A stretch of DNA of 64,000 nt from the human T2T-CHM13v2.0 reference genome, Homo sapiens: assembly GCF_009914755.1 (NCBI RefSeq), contig NC_060929.1; one strand, written 5' to 3'. This document shows, piece after piece, positions 62,537-64,000 of the stretch. A program made the translations under genes and the position numbers. How positions within the stretch are numbered: position 1 is the stretch's first letter; every line of letters starts with the position of its first letter. Under the pieces are notes generated by a model. That model saw nothing but the letters and a program-made list of their open reading frames with translations. It was not told the DNA's origin and searched no databases.

Positions 62537-64000
62537 CTAGTATCACACTATAAATGGAAGGCAACTTCAGGCCAGAGATGGGCTCACATCAGAAAAATCC
62601 AGAATTCAATCATGTGCCCCGATTTAAAACCACCAATGTCTTTTGAAAGCCTTTCTGGGCTGACAAAGTTCTGTGTGATTGGTCTCTGATACCACTCTCT
62701 CTAGAGCTTCACCCCCTACAGTGCAGGCCTATTGACCTTCTTCTAGGCCCTAGACTTGCCAAGCTCACTCTTCCTCTGTATTTGGTGTGACCAGCTTTTT
62801 CTTGTCATTCCAATCTCTGCTTAAATGTCGCCTCCTGGAGTGGTTGCTGTTGGTGTCCTGCCCAGAAGCTTAGGTACCTTTACTAGCTCTATTTGACCAC
62901 TCCCTTTCCCCCTAAATCCTCCATGTCACCAACAGCATATTTTACATACAGCATTTTGTTCAAAAAATATTTGTTGAATAGAGGGGAAAACATAGATAAA
63001 TGGCTGGATTGACACATTTGAAGAATTATAATAAATTGATTTGAATAATTAATTGATAAGACAGAAAACTTATTAATTATTATCTACTAACCACAATAGT
63101 TTTCAGAATAATCAGCTAAGGGAATAAAACAAAGACAGGATGATTTAGAGAGGAATTCTCAAGATTGGGCATCATAACCAGAGGTGTCCCGAGTTAGCAG
63201 AGAGCGGGAGGAACGCTCTGCACATCTGGGGACTGCCATTGGGACCACTAAAGACAAATGTACTTGCTGTTAGTTTCCATTAGACAGACTCATAAAATAC
63301 TACAGTTTGGTGTGCAACACAGACTGAGCCTTGAGATGACACAAAGCACAATGCCTGCATCGGGTTACCATATTTGGCAGATTGGAAAATGACTGTCAAT
63401 GCCACCTGAAGGGTCAATGTGACTGTTTTAGATGATAAAACTCTCACAATCTCTGTCCCTTATAGAGTATGATTTCTGATTCCCTAGACTGATCAGAAAC
63501 TTCTAGTGTCAAAGGGATGTGAATCATTTGACTGCATGTCTTCCTGTCTGCCCTCCTCTCAGCTCATTTGAGGTAAATGCTTAGCAGACACGTTCCCACT
63601 GATAAAACTGCATGCATATTTACTCTTCACTTTCTTGTTCTTTCAGACACAAATGCACAGTCTTAATCATAATAGGAGACACATTTGTAGTCCAAGAGTT
63701 GCAGCAATAATCTTACTGATTTTGCTTTTCTGCTTGCTTTTTCTGAGAAGACACGTTACTGTGATGCAAGGTGTGAAAGCTGCTGATGTTTACAGGAAAC
63801 AGATTGGAACAAGATATCAGCACAGACTGAGGTACCACGTTGTAGGGAGCCTGCCACTGCTTCCCAGGCCTCCCTGCCACCAGTAGCCCATTGGTGGCCT
63901 GCCCATTTGGGGTTTTGGCTGGTACCAAATGTGCAATTGCTCACTGTATCACACTTACAGCACTTATAAAGAAACTCTGACACTGTAAGTGCCAAGGTAG

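Overview
Primate (human-like) genomic DNA with no intact protein-coding gene. It is rich in interspersed repeats: about 37 Alu copies, L1 (a 5'UTR at the window start, a 5'-inverted L1PB-type element, older L1M fragments), L2, MIR, MaLR/ERV solo LTRs and DNA-transposon fossils. Nearly all ORF-track entries are repeat-derived. Two structures stand out. (1) At ~14.8-18.2 kb (+) lies an apparently decayed, intron-containing gene. Its phase-compatible GT-AG exons translate to a STING-like cyclic-dinucleotide-binding domain flanked by TIR-like segments and followed by a hydrophobic tail, making it a candidate TIR-STING unitary pseudogene. The homology is judged by eye and needs profile confirmation. 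(2) At 18614-20866 (+) a single TSD-flanked retrocopy of a spliced KRAB-ZNF mRNA carries Alus, an HSMAR2 transposase fragment and an RPL39 pseudogene that supplied the poly(A) signal; its zinc-finger array appears to have been deleted by an AluY insertion. Repeat subfamily calls and protein comparisons are from memory of consensus sequences, and boundaries are approximate unless a TSD is quoted.
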